Assembly: GCA_037445065.1 (NCBI GenBank)
Contig: JBBILD010000011.1
Span: 80,505-144,504, forward strand
Reading direction: 5' to 3'
Source: Myxococcales bacterium
GTDB lineage: Bacteria > Desulfobacterota > Binatia > HRBIN30
DNA length: 64,000 nucleotides
The notes beneath the pieces are model-generated. The model saw nothing but the letters and a program-made list of their open reading frames with translations, was not told the DNA's origin and did no database searches. Of this stretch, positions 10,366 to 21,100 are shown in pieces; position 1 is the stretch's first letter; the number at the start of each line of letters is the position of its first letter. Position numbers and translations under genes: made by a program.

Positions 10366-11574
10366 TCAGCCCTCGCGCATTTTTGCGACGGCGCGGCCTG
10401 CAGCCTCGTACATCGAGACCGTGCGGTCGCAGTACTCCACTCCGTAGTCCCGCAAGATCTTGAATCCTTCGTTCTCCCAAGATCCGGGAATGCGGAAAAT
10501 CGCGATCTTGTCCGCGGGCCGGAAACCCGACTCAATCACGCCTTTGATCACGCCGCGGGCCACGAGGTCTACCCGCGTGTTGGAGACCACGTTCATCATC
10601 ACCGCGATTTTCTTGACCCCGGGCTTCGACAAGATCAGCTTGGTCAGAGCACAGGTCTTGGCCACACTGGGATTGCCGCCGATCTCGCAGTAATTGGCGG
10701 GCCGCCCGCCGTGCTTGCGAATCGCGTCGAACAGGGTCAGCGACCCTCCGCCGGCGCCAATAATGAGGCCGAGGTCCCCGTCGAACTCTACCACGTTCCC
10801 TGCCACCCCGCGCGGGTCGGACGCGTCAATTTGCGCTCCTCGGACTTCGAACTCGGTCGGCGGGCGCGCTTGGCGCTTCTCCTCGGGAGAAATCCCGAGT
10901 TCTTCCAGTAAGGCACGTTGCGACTCCTTGGCGTCGTCCTCGAGGTCCACGTGCCCGTCGAGGCAAACGAAACGCCCATCTTCGAGTCGCGCCAGAGGGT
11001 TGATCTCGGCCAGGGTGAGGTGGTGCGCTTGGAAGCAACGCGCCAACTGTGCCGCGATGTGAGTGAGCCGCACTAGGTGCGTACCGCGAATCCCCAAGGA
11101 GGCAATCAGCTCCTTTGCCATGTAGTCCGAAAACGGTTGGATGGTCGAGAAGTGGCGCTTGGCGATATGCTCCGGGTGCTTTTCAGCGACTTCTTCCACG
11201 TCAATGCCACCCATGTCGCTGAACACCATGACCGGGAGCCGAGCAAAGCCATCCCAAGTCACTCCCAGGTAGTACTCCTGGGCGACCGGTGCGCGGCCTT
11301 CGACGAGTACACCCCGCGGGGTGTGGCCCTTGATCACGAGGCGCAAGATTTTCCCCGCCGCGTGCGCTGCCTCGCTGGGCGTTTCGGCGAACAAGACGCC
11401 ACCCGCTTTCATCCGGCCCCCGGTCAGCACTTGTGCCTTCAGCACCACCGGGCCGCCGATCTCCTCCGCAATTGCGGCGGCTGCTTCGGGTGACTCCGCT
11501 ACCCGAGAGCCGGTCGGTAACGGGATGCCATACTTACCGAATAGCTTTTTCGCCTCGAACTCGTAGAAACGCAT
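10366..11574 (-). CDS. sucC: Succinyl-CoA synthetase beta subunit (ATP-grasp)
   Basis: Start taken at MRFYEFEAKKLFGKYGIP. ATP-grasp domain plus a CoA-ligase domain. The stop is 3 nt upstream of the sucD start. Confidence 0.85.
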   Translation of the reverse strand: MRFYEFEAKKLFGKYGIPLPTGSRVAESPEAAAAIAEEIGGPVVLKAQVLTGGRMKAGGVLFAETPSEAAHAAGKILRLVIKGHTPRGVLVEGRAPVAQEYYLGVTWDGFARLPVMVFSDMGGIDVEEVAEKHPEHIAKRHFSTIQPFSDYMAKELIASLGIRGTHLVRLTHIAAQLARCFQAHHLTLAEINPLARLEDGRFVCLDGHVDLEDDAKESQRALLEELGISPEEKRQARPPTEFEVRGAQIDASDPRGVAGNVVEFDGDLGLIIGAGGGSLTLFDAIRKHGGRPANYCEIGGNPSVAKTCALTKLILSKPGVKKIAVMMNVVSNTRVDLVARGVIKGVIESGFRPADKIAIFRIPGSWENEGFKILRDYGVEYCDRTVSMYEAAGRAVAKMREG

Positions 11575-11741
11575 GCCCTCGCTCCTCGCCGTTGCGCCGG
11601 AAAGCGCCTCGCGCCTAGCCAACTCGCTCCTTTGCGTCAACGCGCGGGAGGCGGTGCCCGTCGCCCTCACTGGCTGGAGTCGTTTCCAGTGCGGTGGTAA
11701 CTACGGGCGGAACCACGGTGAGCAACGGAAAGGACTGGACA

Positions 11742-13406
11742 ATGACTCGATCCCTCGAGCAGCCCTTCGAGCTGCAAGCGACACAGCAGATCATTGACGC
11801 GAGCGCCGCGGTCGTGGATGCAGCTTTGGCCGCGGCACGCGAACGAACCGCGCGCGGTCAAGAGATCGACCGCGCGCAGCCTCACTGCGAGCGCCTTGCA
11901 TACGCGGCAACCGAAGTGCGAGCCGCGCGGGATTTGCTGGCCTACGTTCAGCAAGCCGCCGCTGCCGGCGAACAGACGGCCATCCTCCAGGACATGGCCG
12001 CCCTGTTTGCTGCGGAAGTGGCGCAAAAGCTGGCGAGCCAGGTGGACGCTCATTGGCACGATTTTGGGGTGAGTAGCGAGCACTACCGCGCCACCTTGGA
12101 AGCGCCGGAAACCAAAGCGTTGTTGCGGGCTGCTCTCGAGGACGCACGTGTTTGTGCCATCGGCCGGCATGTCATTGCCACCCGTGGCGCCAATCACTGC
12201 TGGCTGGACAGCGACCTCGCCGTGATGACCCGTGACTCGGTGCGGCAGTTTGCCGAAGCCGAGGTGCTTCCGATCGCAGAACGGATCCACCGCCACGATG
12301 AGATCGTCCCCGACGACCTGATTCAAAAGATGGCTGAACTCGGCTTTTTCGGCATGTCGGTTCCCGAACAATACGGCGGAGGGGGCATGGGCAATCTGCC
12401 CATGATCCTGACCACCGAGGAACTCTCGCGCTGCTCCTTGGCTGCGGCAGGAAGTTTGATCACGCGACCAGAGATCCTCACCAAGGCGCTGCTCAAGGGT
12501 GGTACCGAGGAGCAGAAGAAGCGCTGGCTGCCGCCGATCGCGCGCGGCGAAATCATGGTGGCGATCTCTGTGACGGAGCCCGATACCGGTTCGGACGTGG
12601 CCTCTATCAAGTGCCGCGCCGAAGAGGCCGAAGTGAATGGGCAGCGGGGATACGTGATCAATGGTGCGAAGGCCTGGTGTACGTTTGCCGGACGTGCCAA
12701 TGTGCTCGCGCTGCTCGCCCGCACCGACCCCGATCCGCGAAAAGGGGCGCGCGGGCTGTCGCTGTTCATTGTTCCGAAAGATCCCTTTTACGGCCACACG
12801 TTCGAAATGCGCCAGCCGTCGGGAGGGCTGTTGGTGGGTAAAGCGGATGCGACCCCGGGCTACCGCGGGATGCATTCTTTTACCTTGAGCTTCGAGAATT
12901 ACTTCGTGCCAGCGGAAAACCTGGTGGGTGGCGAGGCCCAGAAGAACAAAGGCTTTTACTTGCAGATGGCCGGCTTTGCGGCGGGCCGGCTGCAAACGGG
13001 TGGCCGCGCGACTGGTTTGGCGCAGGCTGCGCTGGAGCGCACCGCGGAGTACGCCAATGACCGCAAGCAGTTTGGCCGCCCGATCGGCGACTTTTTGCTC
13101 ACCCAATACAAGCTCGGGCGCATGGCCACCCACATTATGGCGGCGCGCCAACTCACTTACGCAGCGGCGCGCAAGATGGACGAGGACGAATCTGCCGCCC
13201 TCGAGCCCGCCATGGCCAAGCTCCTCGCATCCGATGTGGCAGTGTGGGCCACGCAAGAAGGCCAGTTGCTACACGGTGGCTGGGGATACGCCGAAGAGTT
13301 TCCCATTTCGCGCTACGTGGTTGACGCGTTAGTGCTGCCGATTTTCGAGGGAGTCAAACCGATCCTGGAACTCAAGGTAATTGCCCGGCAGTTGCTTGCC
13401 GCCTAG
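11742..13406 (+). CDS. Acyl-CoA dehydrogenase with an N-terminal extension
   Basis: The C-terminal 380 aa form a canonical ACAD fold (GGGGMGNLPMILTTEELSRC, YAEEFPISRY). GGAAAGGA Shine-Dalgarno sequence upstream of ATG 11742. Confidence 0.85.
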   Translation: MTRSLEQPFELQATQQIIDASAAVVDAALAAARERTARGQEIDRAQPHCERLAYAATEVRAARDLLAYVQQAAAAGEQTAILQDMAALFAAEVAQKLASQVDAHWHDFGVSSEHYRATLEAPETKALLRAALEDARVCAIGRHVIATRGANHCWLDSDLAVMTRDSVRQFAEAEVLPIAERIHRHDEIVPDDLIQKMAELGFFGMSVPEQYGGGGMGNLPMILTTEELSRCSLAAAGSLITRPEILTKALLKGGTEEQKKRWLPPIARGEIMVAISVTEPDTGSDVASIKCRAEEAEVNGQRGYVINGAKAWCTFAGRANVLALLARTDPDPRKGARGLSLFIVPKDPFYGHTFEMRQPSGGLLVGKADATPGYRGMHSFTLSFENYFVPAENLVGGEAQKNKGFYLQMAGFAAGRLQTGGRATGLAQAALERTAEYANDRKQFGRPIGDFLLTQYKLGRMATHIMAARQLTYAAARKMDEDESAALEPAMAKLLASDVAVWATQEGQLLHGGWGYAEEFPISRYVVDALVLPIFEGVKPILELKVIARQLLAA

Positions 13407-13420
13407 GTGTGCGGCGGGGG

Positions 13421-14710
13421 TCACTCGATCCGGCTCACCCGGCCTCCATCATCGGCGACGAAGAGCACGGTGCGGTCAGGTGCGGCGGCACTGACCGCCA
13501 CTCCGCCGCGGATCGCCGCGCCTACGGGGATCGTCTGCGTGCCGCCCACTTGTGGGCCTGCATCTTCGATGACGTACACGTTGCCGTCCATGCTTGCAGC
13601 CACGACCGAGCGGCCAGCGCTGTGCACGAGCACCCCCAGTGGCGCGTGGATCGCTCCCGGCAAGCTGTGACTCCAAACTACCGCACCGCTGCTGGTGTCA
13701 ACCGAGTGCACCTCGCCCGTGGTGGTTGCGATGTAGAGCCGGTCTCCTGCCAACGCCGGCGCCGCGAGCACCTGGGGTTCTCCCCCGCCAGCTCCGACGG
13801 GCAGAGCCACGTTGTAGCGGAGTTGGCCTGTGGCAGCGTCTACCTTGAACAGCCGCCCGTTGGTGTCGACCGCAAACACCGCTTCCCCGTCCGGTCCTCC
13901 CTCATCCGTTGCGATCACCGGCCCTCCGGCGACCGGGGCACTCGTGCTCACCGTCCACAGTAAGAATCCGTCGTTGCGGGTCATGCGCAAAGTGCGGTCC
14001 TCACCGGCCCACACCACGTTCCCACCCGCACTGACGGCAGGACTTGTCGTGAAGGGAGCGATGGCAGTGCCGAGGAAACGCAGGACGCCGTTGGGACAAA
14101 TCCCCACTTCGTTGCGCGCGAGCGTGCCGGCATAAATTGTTCCGTCGGTGGGGCTCAGAGACAGCGACCGCCCGACCGCGCCACCCACGTTGAAGGGAAA
14201 GAACCCGGGCTGCTTGGCCCCCGTTTGGTCGATGGCGAAGACGAAACCTGACTCCGAACCGAAAAACAGCGCTTCTTGCCCAGAACGAACACCAACGAGA
14301 GCGGTGGTACGAACCGAGAGGGCGCCAGTGAAGTTGAAGCGGCTCGGGTCCAACCTGGCCAGCGTTCCAGTGTCCAGCGCGTAGAGCTGGCCGTCGGTGT
14401 TGCCAGCGTACAGCACGGCATCGAGCGGTTGGTCGCTTGGCTGCCCGTTGCCCAGTACGGGTTGTACGACAAACGGCGACGGCGGCGTCGTTTCAAACTG
14501 GGCGACGATGGTCGCGTTCAAGCGAACCGGCGCGGCGGTGATGGCCCCTGTGTTCTGGCTGTCTCTTTGGTATTTGGGCCAGCTCGAGCGGGCCAGGGTT
14601 GCGGGGTTCTGAAAACTGCACCGCGTCCCCCCGCCGGAGTCGCAGCCGGTTAGGCAAATCACGACGGACAAGGTAGCGCTGGCGAGAGCACGGATGCTTG
14701 GTCGGTTCAT
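13421..14710 (-). CDS. PQQ-like beta-propeller repeat lipoprotein (BamB-like)
   Basis: Signal peptide with an LTGC lipobox. Repeated LYALD/VFAID/LFKVD beta-propeller blade motifs. Confidence 0.75.
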   Translation of the reverse strand: MNRPSIRALASATLSVVICLTGCDSGGGTRCSFQNPATLARSSWPKYQRDSQNTGAITAAPVRLNATIVAQFETTPPSPFVVQPVLGNGQPSDQPLDAVLYAGNTDGQLYALDTGTLARLDPSRFNFTGALSVRTTALVGVRSGQEALFFGSESGFVFAIDQTGAKQPGFFPFNVGGAVGRSLSLSPTDGTIYAGTLARNEVGICPNGVLRFLGTAIAPFTTSPAVSAGGNVVWAGEDRTLRMTRNDGFLLWTVSTSAPVAGGPVIATDEGGPDGEAVFAVDTNGRLFKVDAATGQLRYNVALPVGAGGGEPQVLAAPALAGDRLYIATTTGEVHSVDTSSGAVVWSHSLPGAIHAPLGVLVHSAGRSVVAASMDGNVYVIEDAGPQVGGTQTIPVGAAIRGGVAVSAAAPDRTVLFVADDGGRVSRIE

Positions 14711-16203
14711 TGGGTTCCAACTCGGTACAGATACCCGTCATCCGCCCCCACCCAGATGGTGCCGTCGAAGTCAACCGCGGCGGAGGAACGAATGGCGGCG
14801 CTGGTAAGCTGCAGCGGAGGCCACGCCGGCAAGCCGGTACCGTTGTCGAGGGCGTAGAGGATCCCAGCGGTCGTGCCGAACACCAGGTACCCGTCGGAGG
14901 AGAGCGCTGGCGAAGACAGCACCACCCCCTCGACTGCCTGCTGAACATCGCCGAGCGGGGCATCTCGACCATCACCGCCGCGCACGGCAATGATCCGCCC
15001 ATCCTTTGTAACCCCAAACAACACCGACTGCAGTGACGGTGGAGTCGCTGTCGGAGAGGCGGTTGCCGTGGGGCTCGGCGACGCCTGTGGAACCGGGGTT
15101 GTGTCTGGGACTGGGCTCGGGGTGGGGGTTGCGGTCGCAATGGAGAGCGTGACAGTTGGAGTGAGCGTGGGAGTTTCCGTCGGCAATAACTGGGCTCCGA
15201 GAGCGAGCGAGGCAGCAAAACTCGCCTCAGGGAAGACCCGGAGCCAGAGTGTCCCGGAGCCGTCGGGGGCGAGCGCACGGATGGTCCCATCGCTCGTGTT
15301 GGCGTAAAACGCAGTCGTACTCACCACAGGGGCCAGTGCGACCGGTGTATCGGGGTCGGTGCCGGGCCCCACCTTCGAACGCCAGCGCAAGACGCCGCCT
15401 TCGAGCGCGGCGAGAAGATGCCAGTGGCCGTCGCTCGAGGCAACCAGCACGCCGTTGCCGAGGGCCAAAGCGGGAGACGACAAAAAAGGGGTTGGATAGG
15501 ACCCAGACTGGGGGTAGCGCCAGAGTACGTCGCCGGCTGGGCTCACCGCCCACACGATGCCTTGCTCCGTATCGGAGCTCGCCGCGGTTCGCACCGCAGC
15601 GGGGATTATGACTTGCACCGGCCGCCCGGTCACACTGTGGACCACCAGCAAGGGAGGTGCGGAAAACCGCGCCTGCGCCACTTCTCCGTTGCGCGCTGGG
15701 TCGAAACACAACGTACAGGTGGGTCCTTCCGCCCGGTCCTCGACGGCATAGAGGCGACCTTGCTCGCTGCCAAAATACACGACCGTGGGGCCACCCGGCG
15801 GAGCAAAGAGCGTCGGCGAGGAGAGAACTTCTCCGAGCCCCGGGTTCTCGGCCGGGCAAGCCTCGCAGGTCTCCACTCGCCAGCGTACCTCGCCGCTCGC
15901 CGCCGCGGAGAGAAGCGTCCCCGCTCGGGAAGCTACGTAGACCACGCCGTCAATTCCGATGGCAGGCGAAGAAATGACGGGACTGAGAGGCTCGCGCGCG
16001 TCTACCGGGATCGCCAGAGGAGTGGCACGCGCTGCCGCTACGTTTCCAGAACCCTGTCCTGTGTGTGCGCTGTCGTGCCGGAAGCGAGGCCAAGCGGCTG
16101 AGGGGACCGTCGGCAGGCCAGAGTTCCCGGAGTTACATCCCAGCAAGGCAATCGCCAGAAAACCGAAGCAAATCCACGAGTGGCGCGTTGTGCGTATTCT
16201 CAT
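14707..16203 (-). CDS. PQQ-like beta-propeller repeat lipoprotein with an internal Thr/Pro linker
   Basis: Start moved to MRIRTTRHSWICFGFLAIALLGC (lipobox). The 200 codons upstream in the ORF track are junk. Propeller motifs RLYAVED, RIIAVRGGD, ILYALD, YLYRV. Confidence 0.7.
   Translation of the reverse strand: MRIRTTRHSWICFGFLAIALLGCNSGNSGLPTVPSAAWPRFRHDSAHTGQGSGNVAAARATPLAIPVDAREPLSPVISSPAIGIDGVVYVASRAGTLLSAAASGEVRWRVETCEACPAENPGLGEVLSSPTLFAPPGGPTVVYFGSEQGRLYAVEDRAEGPTCTLCFDPARNGEVAQARFSAPPLLVVHSVTGRPVQVIIPAAVRTAASSDTEQGIVWAVSPAGDVLWRYPQSGSYPTPFLSSPALALGNGVLVASSDGHWHLLAALEGGVLRWRSKVGPGTDPDTPVALAPVVSTTAFYANTSDGTIRALAPDGSGTLWLRVFPEASFAASLALGAQLLPTETPTLTPTVTLSIATATPTPSPVPDTTPVPQASPSPTATASPTATPPSLQSVLFGVTKDGRIIAVRGGDGRDAPLGDVQQAVEGVVLSSPALSSDGYLVFGTTAGILYALDNGTGLPAWPPLQLTSAAIRSSAAVDFDGTIWVGADDGYLYRVGTQ
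15020..15180. repeat. Low-complexity Thr/Pro/Ala/Ser linker-coding region inside the PQQ lipoprotein
   Basis: Encodes PTETPTLTPTVTLSIATATPTPSPVPDTTPVPQASPSPTATASPTATPP. Confidence 0.5.
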
Positions 16204-16220
16204 TTCCGCTGTACCGAACC

Positions 16221-16796
16221 TCACGGGCGCTGGGCAACGAGCCGTGCAAGATAGGCCGGGCCGTTGTCGTCGAGCAAGCCCTCCTCCTCTTCGAGTACAA
16301 GAAAGTCTTCGAAGTAGCCGCGCAGTTCTCCCCGTTGGAGCAGGTGATTCGGGTTGCGTGGATGCCCGAGTGCCTGCTGATCCATCAAGTACGTTTCCAC
16401 CAACACCAACCCTCCGCTGCGAACGGCCTCCTTCATGGCCGGGAACAACGAGCGCTGCAAGTAGCGAATGTTGAGAATGGTGCCGAAGGCGGCGGTAGGC
16501 AGAGAGTATTGTTCCAGGTCGGCTTGAACCACCTCGATGGGTAAGCGTTCTTCTCGTGCCCTTTCGGCGAGCTGGCGGAGCGCGGTGAAGGCAATGTCCA
16601 CCACCACGCAGCGCAGTCCCCGCCGCGCCAGAAAGACTGCGTTGCGCCCGTTTCCTCCGGCGACATCGAGCACTGGCGGTTGGATGGCTTCCGCCCATCG
16701 CACTACGAGTGCCGACGGTGGAGCCGTTTGAGAGGCGGGAGACTGCTCGCGATACCGGCGCTCCCACTTCTCGCGATCTTCTCGCACCTGCTTCAC
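16221..16796 (-). CDS. Class I SAM-dependent methyltransferase
   Basis: VLDVAGGNGRNAVFLA glycine-rich SAM-binding motif. Putative GTG start overlaps the comF stop (GTGA). Confidence 0.6.
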   Translation of the reverse strand: MKQVREDREKWERRYREQSPASQTAPPSALVVRWAEAIQPPVLDVAGGNGRNAVFLARRGLRCVVVDIAFTALRQLAERAREERLPIEVVQADLEQYSLPTAAFGTILNIRYLQRSLFPAMKEAVRSGGLVLVETYLMDQQALGHPRNPNHLLQRGELRGYFEDFLVLEEEEGLLDDNGPAYLARLVAQRP

Positions 16797-17524
16797 CCCA
16801 GCACGGCACGCGCGAGCACGACCGCGTCCACGGAGGTCGCCCCGGCGCGGCGCAGGGCGGCGCTGCAATGGTGCAGCGTCGCCCCGGTGGTCATCACATC
16901 GTCGAGCAGCAGGACCCGCTTGCCGGCCACCGTAGCGCGGTACCGGCGCGGTACAGTGAAAGCTCGGCGTACGTTTTGCAGCCTCTGCTTGCGCGTCAGT
17001 TCGGCCTGAGGAGGGGTGGGGCGCAGGCGGCAAAGCGTAAAAGGGGCCAGGGGTGCACGGGGATACGCAACTCGTGCCAGCAACAGGGCCTGGTTGAAGC
17101 CGCGCCAGCGCAGTCTTTGCGGATGGAGGGGAACGGGAACGAGCAAGTCGTAACCGGCTGCGCTCACCTCGATCGTGTGCTGAAGCAAGAGGCCGAGCGG
17201 CTGGGCGAGGCTTGCAAGTCGCCCGTATTTGAAGCGCGAAAGCGCGTGCCCCAAGGGGTTAGCCTGCTCGGGGTGATACAGGAACGCGGCCCGCACGCGG
17301 GCAAAGGCAGGCGGGCGCCGAGTGCAGCGAGCGCAACGCAGGGACGTCCCGGCGCTCGCGGGCAGCGGCAGGGCGCAAATGCTGCAGATTGGCGGCCTAG
17401 CCACGCGGGTCTGCTGTGCGCAGGCCGAACAGAGGGGAAGCGAATTGGGCAGGAGCACACCACAGGCGCAGCACACCGGCGGGTAGACAAAATCGAGCAT
17501 CCTCTCCCACACTGCACCGAGCAT
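16793..17524 (-). CDS. comF: ComF-family protein (phosphoribosyltransferase-like)
   Basis: N-terminal Cys4 zinc ribbon (CCACG...CSAC...CSIC) plus a C-terminal PRTase motif VLLLDDVMTTGATL. Confidence 0.8.
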   Translation of the reverse strand: MLGAVWERMLDFVYPPVCCACGVLLPNSLPLCSACAQQTRVARPPICSICALPLPASAGTSLRCARCTRRPPAFARVRAAFLYHPEQANPLGHALSRFKYGRLASLAQPLGLLLQHTIEVSAAGYDLLVPVPLHPQRLRWRGFNQALLLARVAYPRAPLAPFTLCRLRPTPPQAELTRKQRLQNVRRAFTVPRRYRATVAGKRVLLLDDVMTTGATLHHCSAALRRAGATSVDAVVLARAVLG

Positions 17525-18090
17525 GTCGGAAGCCTACTCAGCTTGTGCGAATCCGACAATCGCCCCCGCGGTCGGCCATAGGGGACGGGTGAGGCGCCAG
17601 CGAGACCGCACCGTTGTTTGCTACGGATCGGAGGGCCCGTTGTGTGTCGTGCTGTGCACGAAAAACCGGTATGGTTGTGCGTGAGGTTGCCCTGCACGTG
17701 CCATGCGTGCGTGTGGAATGCGGCGGAGCGGGTTCGCTGCGGACGATTTGCGCGGATCCACACGGTTTTCAATCGCTCCGGCGTCACGAAATTCGTTGCG
17801 GAAAAGAAAAGCCGCGTTGCTCACGCGCAACCGAAGAATGCTGCGGCGCGCGGTCGTGGCTGGGCCGGCGCAGAAACGTGCAGCCACGCCGTGGCCCTTG
17901 GGGGCGGCTTGCCCGGTTGTGCGGATGCGCTCGAGAGGGCACCCGCGGGAGTCCGAAGGACAGCTCGGCGCAGCTCTCCCGAGCGACGTCGTTCCTTGCG
18001 CGTTCCCTGTTGGAGTCGGAGGTTCGAGAGCCAGTCTGTAGTCGGGATCCCGTGCTTACGGAAGCGGGCAAAGATGCCGCGCTCGCGTGT

Positions 18091-18120
18091 CTCCTGAAAG
18101 ACGCAGGCAGGTTGCCTGCG
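18091..18120 (-). terminator. Putative terminator hairpin after the spermidine-synthase-like gene
   Basis: 8-bp GC-rich stem CGCAGGCA-ggt-TGCCTGCG immediately after the stop codon. On the minus strand it is followed by UCUUUC. The U-tract is weak. Confidence 0.3.
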
Positions 18121-21100
18121 TTAGGGTTCGCCGAGCGCCTTCAGTTCTTCCCGAGCCAGGGTGTAATCTGGGGCGAACAGAAACGCGGTGCGGAGTCGCT
18201 GCGCTGCTCCTTGCCGGTCTCCGATCAAGGTCAGTCGCCGGGCTTGTTGGTGCAGTTCGAGCACAACGTTGCGCTTGGCTTGTTCGGCGTTGCGCCGCGC
18301 CATTCCGCCGCGAGCGCGGTCGCCGAGCTTTTCGTATAGATCCGCCAGCGTTTCCCATTCTTGAGGGGAATCGGGATACCATTCCAGGTAGTCCCACAAA
18401 AGACGCTCTGCGCTGGCGAGGTCACCGGACTGGTGCGCCGCCTGCGCCGCTTTGACTTTGAGTTCGTGGTTGCGCAACGCGTACGGAGAGGCAAGCAAGC
18501 GCTGGGCTTCGCCCCATGCTTGTTGGAAGCGTCCGAGCCCGAGCAGCGCCTCGAAGCGGATCCGTTGTGCCGGGAGATCGCCGGGCCAGGAAGCCAGCAC
18601 CGTGTTGGCTGCATCGAGGGCCTGCGAAAAGTTCATTTGTTCGAGTTCCCACTCGGCAAGGGAGAGGGAAATCACGCGCGAGCGGGGCAAGAGTGTGCCG
18701 AGCATACGGAGTTGAGGAAGGAGGCGCGCGCGTGCCTCGCCTGGTTCTTTCGCCGTTGTCGCTTCCAGTGCCAGGGCGAGCGCTTCGTTCTCTGGTGCCT
18801 TTCCACTCGCTCGGGCCAGCTCGAGGAGCTGCCGGGCGATGGCGAGTTCGTTCTGTTGGAGATATGCGAGGCCCAGAGTCGCAAGCCTCGCCGGCTCGTC
18901 GCCGGTAAACGCGTTGCGCCAGAAGTTCACAATCTCCTCGGCCAGCGGGCGCAAAACCGCCCAGTTGTGGCCTAGCGCGCCAGTGTCGTAGAGGCTCCAA
19001 GGGGTGGAGAGTTCGACGAACATGTTGTCGTCGCTGTTGGGAACAGGCGCGCGTCTTGCCAGTGCTGCGGTTGCGTGGGGGCTCAAACGAAGCAAGCTCC
19101 AGAGGTCCGCGGTCGCGTGCACGCCGATGCGCTGCAGGTCCGCAGCGACGCTCGCAGGCTGCTCCTCGAAATTCGGCAGGCCTGCCGCAGTCAGCGGCTC
19201 CAGGCTCGACAAGAACAGCAAGTCGGGCGACCCAGGTTCGGTGTAGAATCCGTAAACGTAGGGAAACTCAACCTGCAATGCTCGTAAGATCGCCGCCACG
19301 GCTTCGGGCTGGATGCTATAGACCTGCACCCATTGGAGGAGCTTGCCTTGCGGGCTCAGGGCTTCGCGAGCTGAGCGGAAAAACTCGGCTGTGAACAAAT
19401 TGGCGGCCCCACTCATCCATGGGTTGGACGGTTCGGACACAATGAGGTCGTAGCTTCCTTTACGGGCGGCCAAGAACGAGCGAGCATCGTCGAGCACCAG
19501 TCTCACGTTGGGCTGCTCCAAGGGGCGGTGATTCAGCGAGTCGAAAAAGTGCGATGCGGGCACCATGGCCGGTTCGATTTCGATCACGTCCACCTGCACA
19601 TTGGGGTGCAATGCCAAGCTTCCTGCAGTGACCCCTGAGGCAAGCCCAATCACTGCCGCGCGCGTGGGCTTGCTCCCGAACAGGACACCAATGTGGCCTA
19701 GCAGCACCTGAGTCGGTAGGTCTCCGTGTGCGCTGGCGTCTGCTTTCCCGTCGACGCGTAACCCGAGTTCTCCGAGAACGCGGTGAACGGAGACGAGGCT
19801 ATTCCACCCCTCACGGTAGAAGAGGAGTTCCGATCGTTTTGTGCCTTCTAGGGGCTGGGGCCCAACCCCGACATCGATCTCGTCGAGAGGGAAGCGGAAC
19901 ACGCCACGAGCAAGGTTCTGCGGATCCCAGGGCCACGGGATCGCCCACACCGCAACGGCAATGGCCAGCGCTATGCTCGAAAGAGCGCGGCGGAAACGGA
20001 GGTCTGTGTCCAGGCACCAGCGGGTTATGAGCCCACTGGCAAGCGCGTTCATGGTGGCCAGCGCTAGGATCGTGCGCTGCAGCCCAATTGCAGGAATTGC
20101 CCAAAAGCCGGTAACGAAGGCGCCCAAAGCCGAACCGAGCGTGTTGGTGAAATACAGCAGCCCCGTGGCTGCCGGGGCTGTCAGATGGCTGCTGAGGGCA
20201 CGGACGAGTAGCGGAAACAAAGTGCCCAAGACGACCGTCAGGGCGAGCATGATCAGCATGGAGGCGGTCAGGACGCTCGCCACCACGCCGCTCGGGGAAA
20301 AGCCAAAGAACACGAAAATCCACGGCTGAAGATCCGGAAGGCGGTGCAACAACTGGCTGCTCGTAAGTCCAAAGATTGCCAGCGCTAGGAGCCCGGTTGC
20401 AAACGTTCGCAACGGGTTGACGAGCCGGTCGGCAAGACGGCGAATGAGAAGCGAACCGGCCGCGATCCCGAGCAAGAAGGCGGCGAGCATGGTGCCGAAT
20501 GCGTAGGTGGAAGAGCCGACCGTCGGCGCAAGCGAGCGAGTCCAGGCAACTTCGTACGCGAGAGCGCAAAAGCCCACGCTCCCGTAGACTGTTGCGACAA
20601 GCCAGGCCGGCACGGGCTTGGAAGGTTTGGTAGTGCGTGCGTTCCTGGGCGCCGCCGGCGAGGCGCCCACAGCCGGCGAAGGTTCTCCGGTGCGCTTCGC
20701 GCAGTACAACACGGCCAATGCGGCGATGGCCAGGTCGGTGGTGGCCGCGAGCAGGTTCGTGCGGGTCAACCCGAGAGAAGGAAACAGCACAAAGGTTGCA
20801 GCGAGGACTCCGGCGACGGCGCCTAAGGTATTGCTTCCGTACAGCAGTCCCACGCCTCGACCCACGCCATGCCCGCTTGCTCCGAGCACAGTGGCGACCA
20901 GCACGGGTAACGTTGCGCCCATCAGCACGGTGGGCGGGGTGAGGAGAACCACCGCGAGTGCGAAGCGCGCCAGCGTCGCAGACCAGAAATCCCAGTCTGC
21001 AAACCACGCTTGCTGTGCAAGCGGCGCCAGAGAAAAAACTTTGGGTACGAGGAGCGCATACACGCCGACCCCAGCTTCCAGCAGTCCGTAGAGGAGCCAG

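Noticed and set aside
16204-16809. The N-terminal 200 codons of the 700-aa ORF 14707..16809
   Set aside because: This part is Arg/Gly-rich junk that overlaps the methyltransferase gene out of frame. A lipoprotein signal peptide (MRIRTT...LLGC) marks the real start at 16203.
18020-18060. tRNA-like GGTTCGAGAGCC T-loop-like motif in the non-coding gap
   Set aside because: The flanking sequence cannot form an acceptor or T-stem (GGAGG/GCCAG are not complementary). No cloverleaf can be drawn.
18361-19394. Multiple plus- and minus-strand ORFs inside 18.1-21.4 kb
   Set aside because: They are all embedded in or antisense to the 1088-aa spermidine-synthase-like membrane protein gene.
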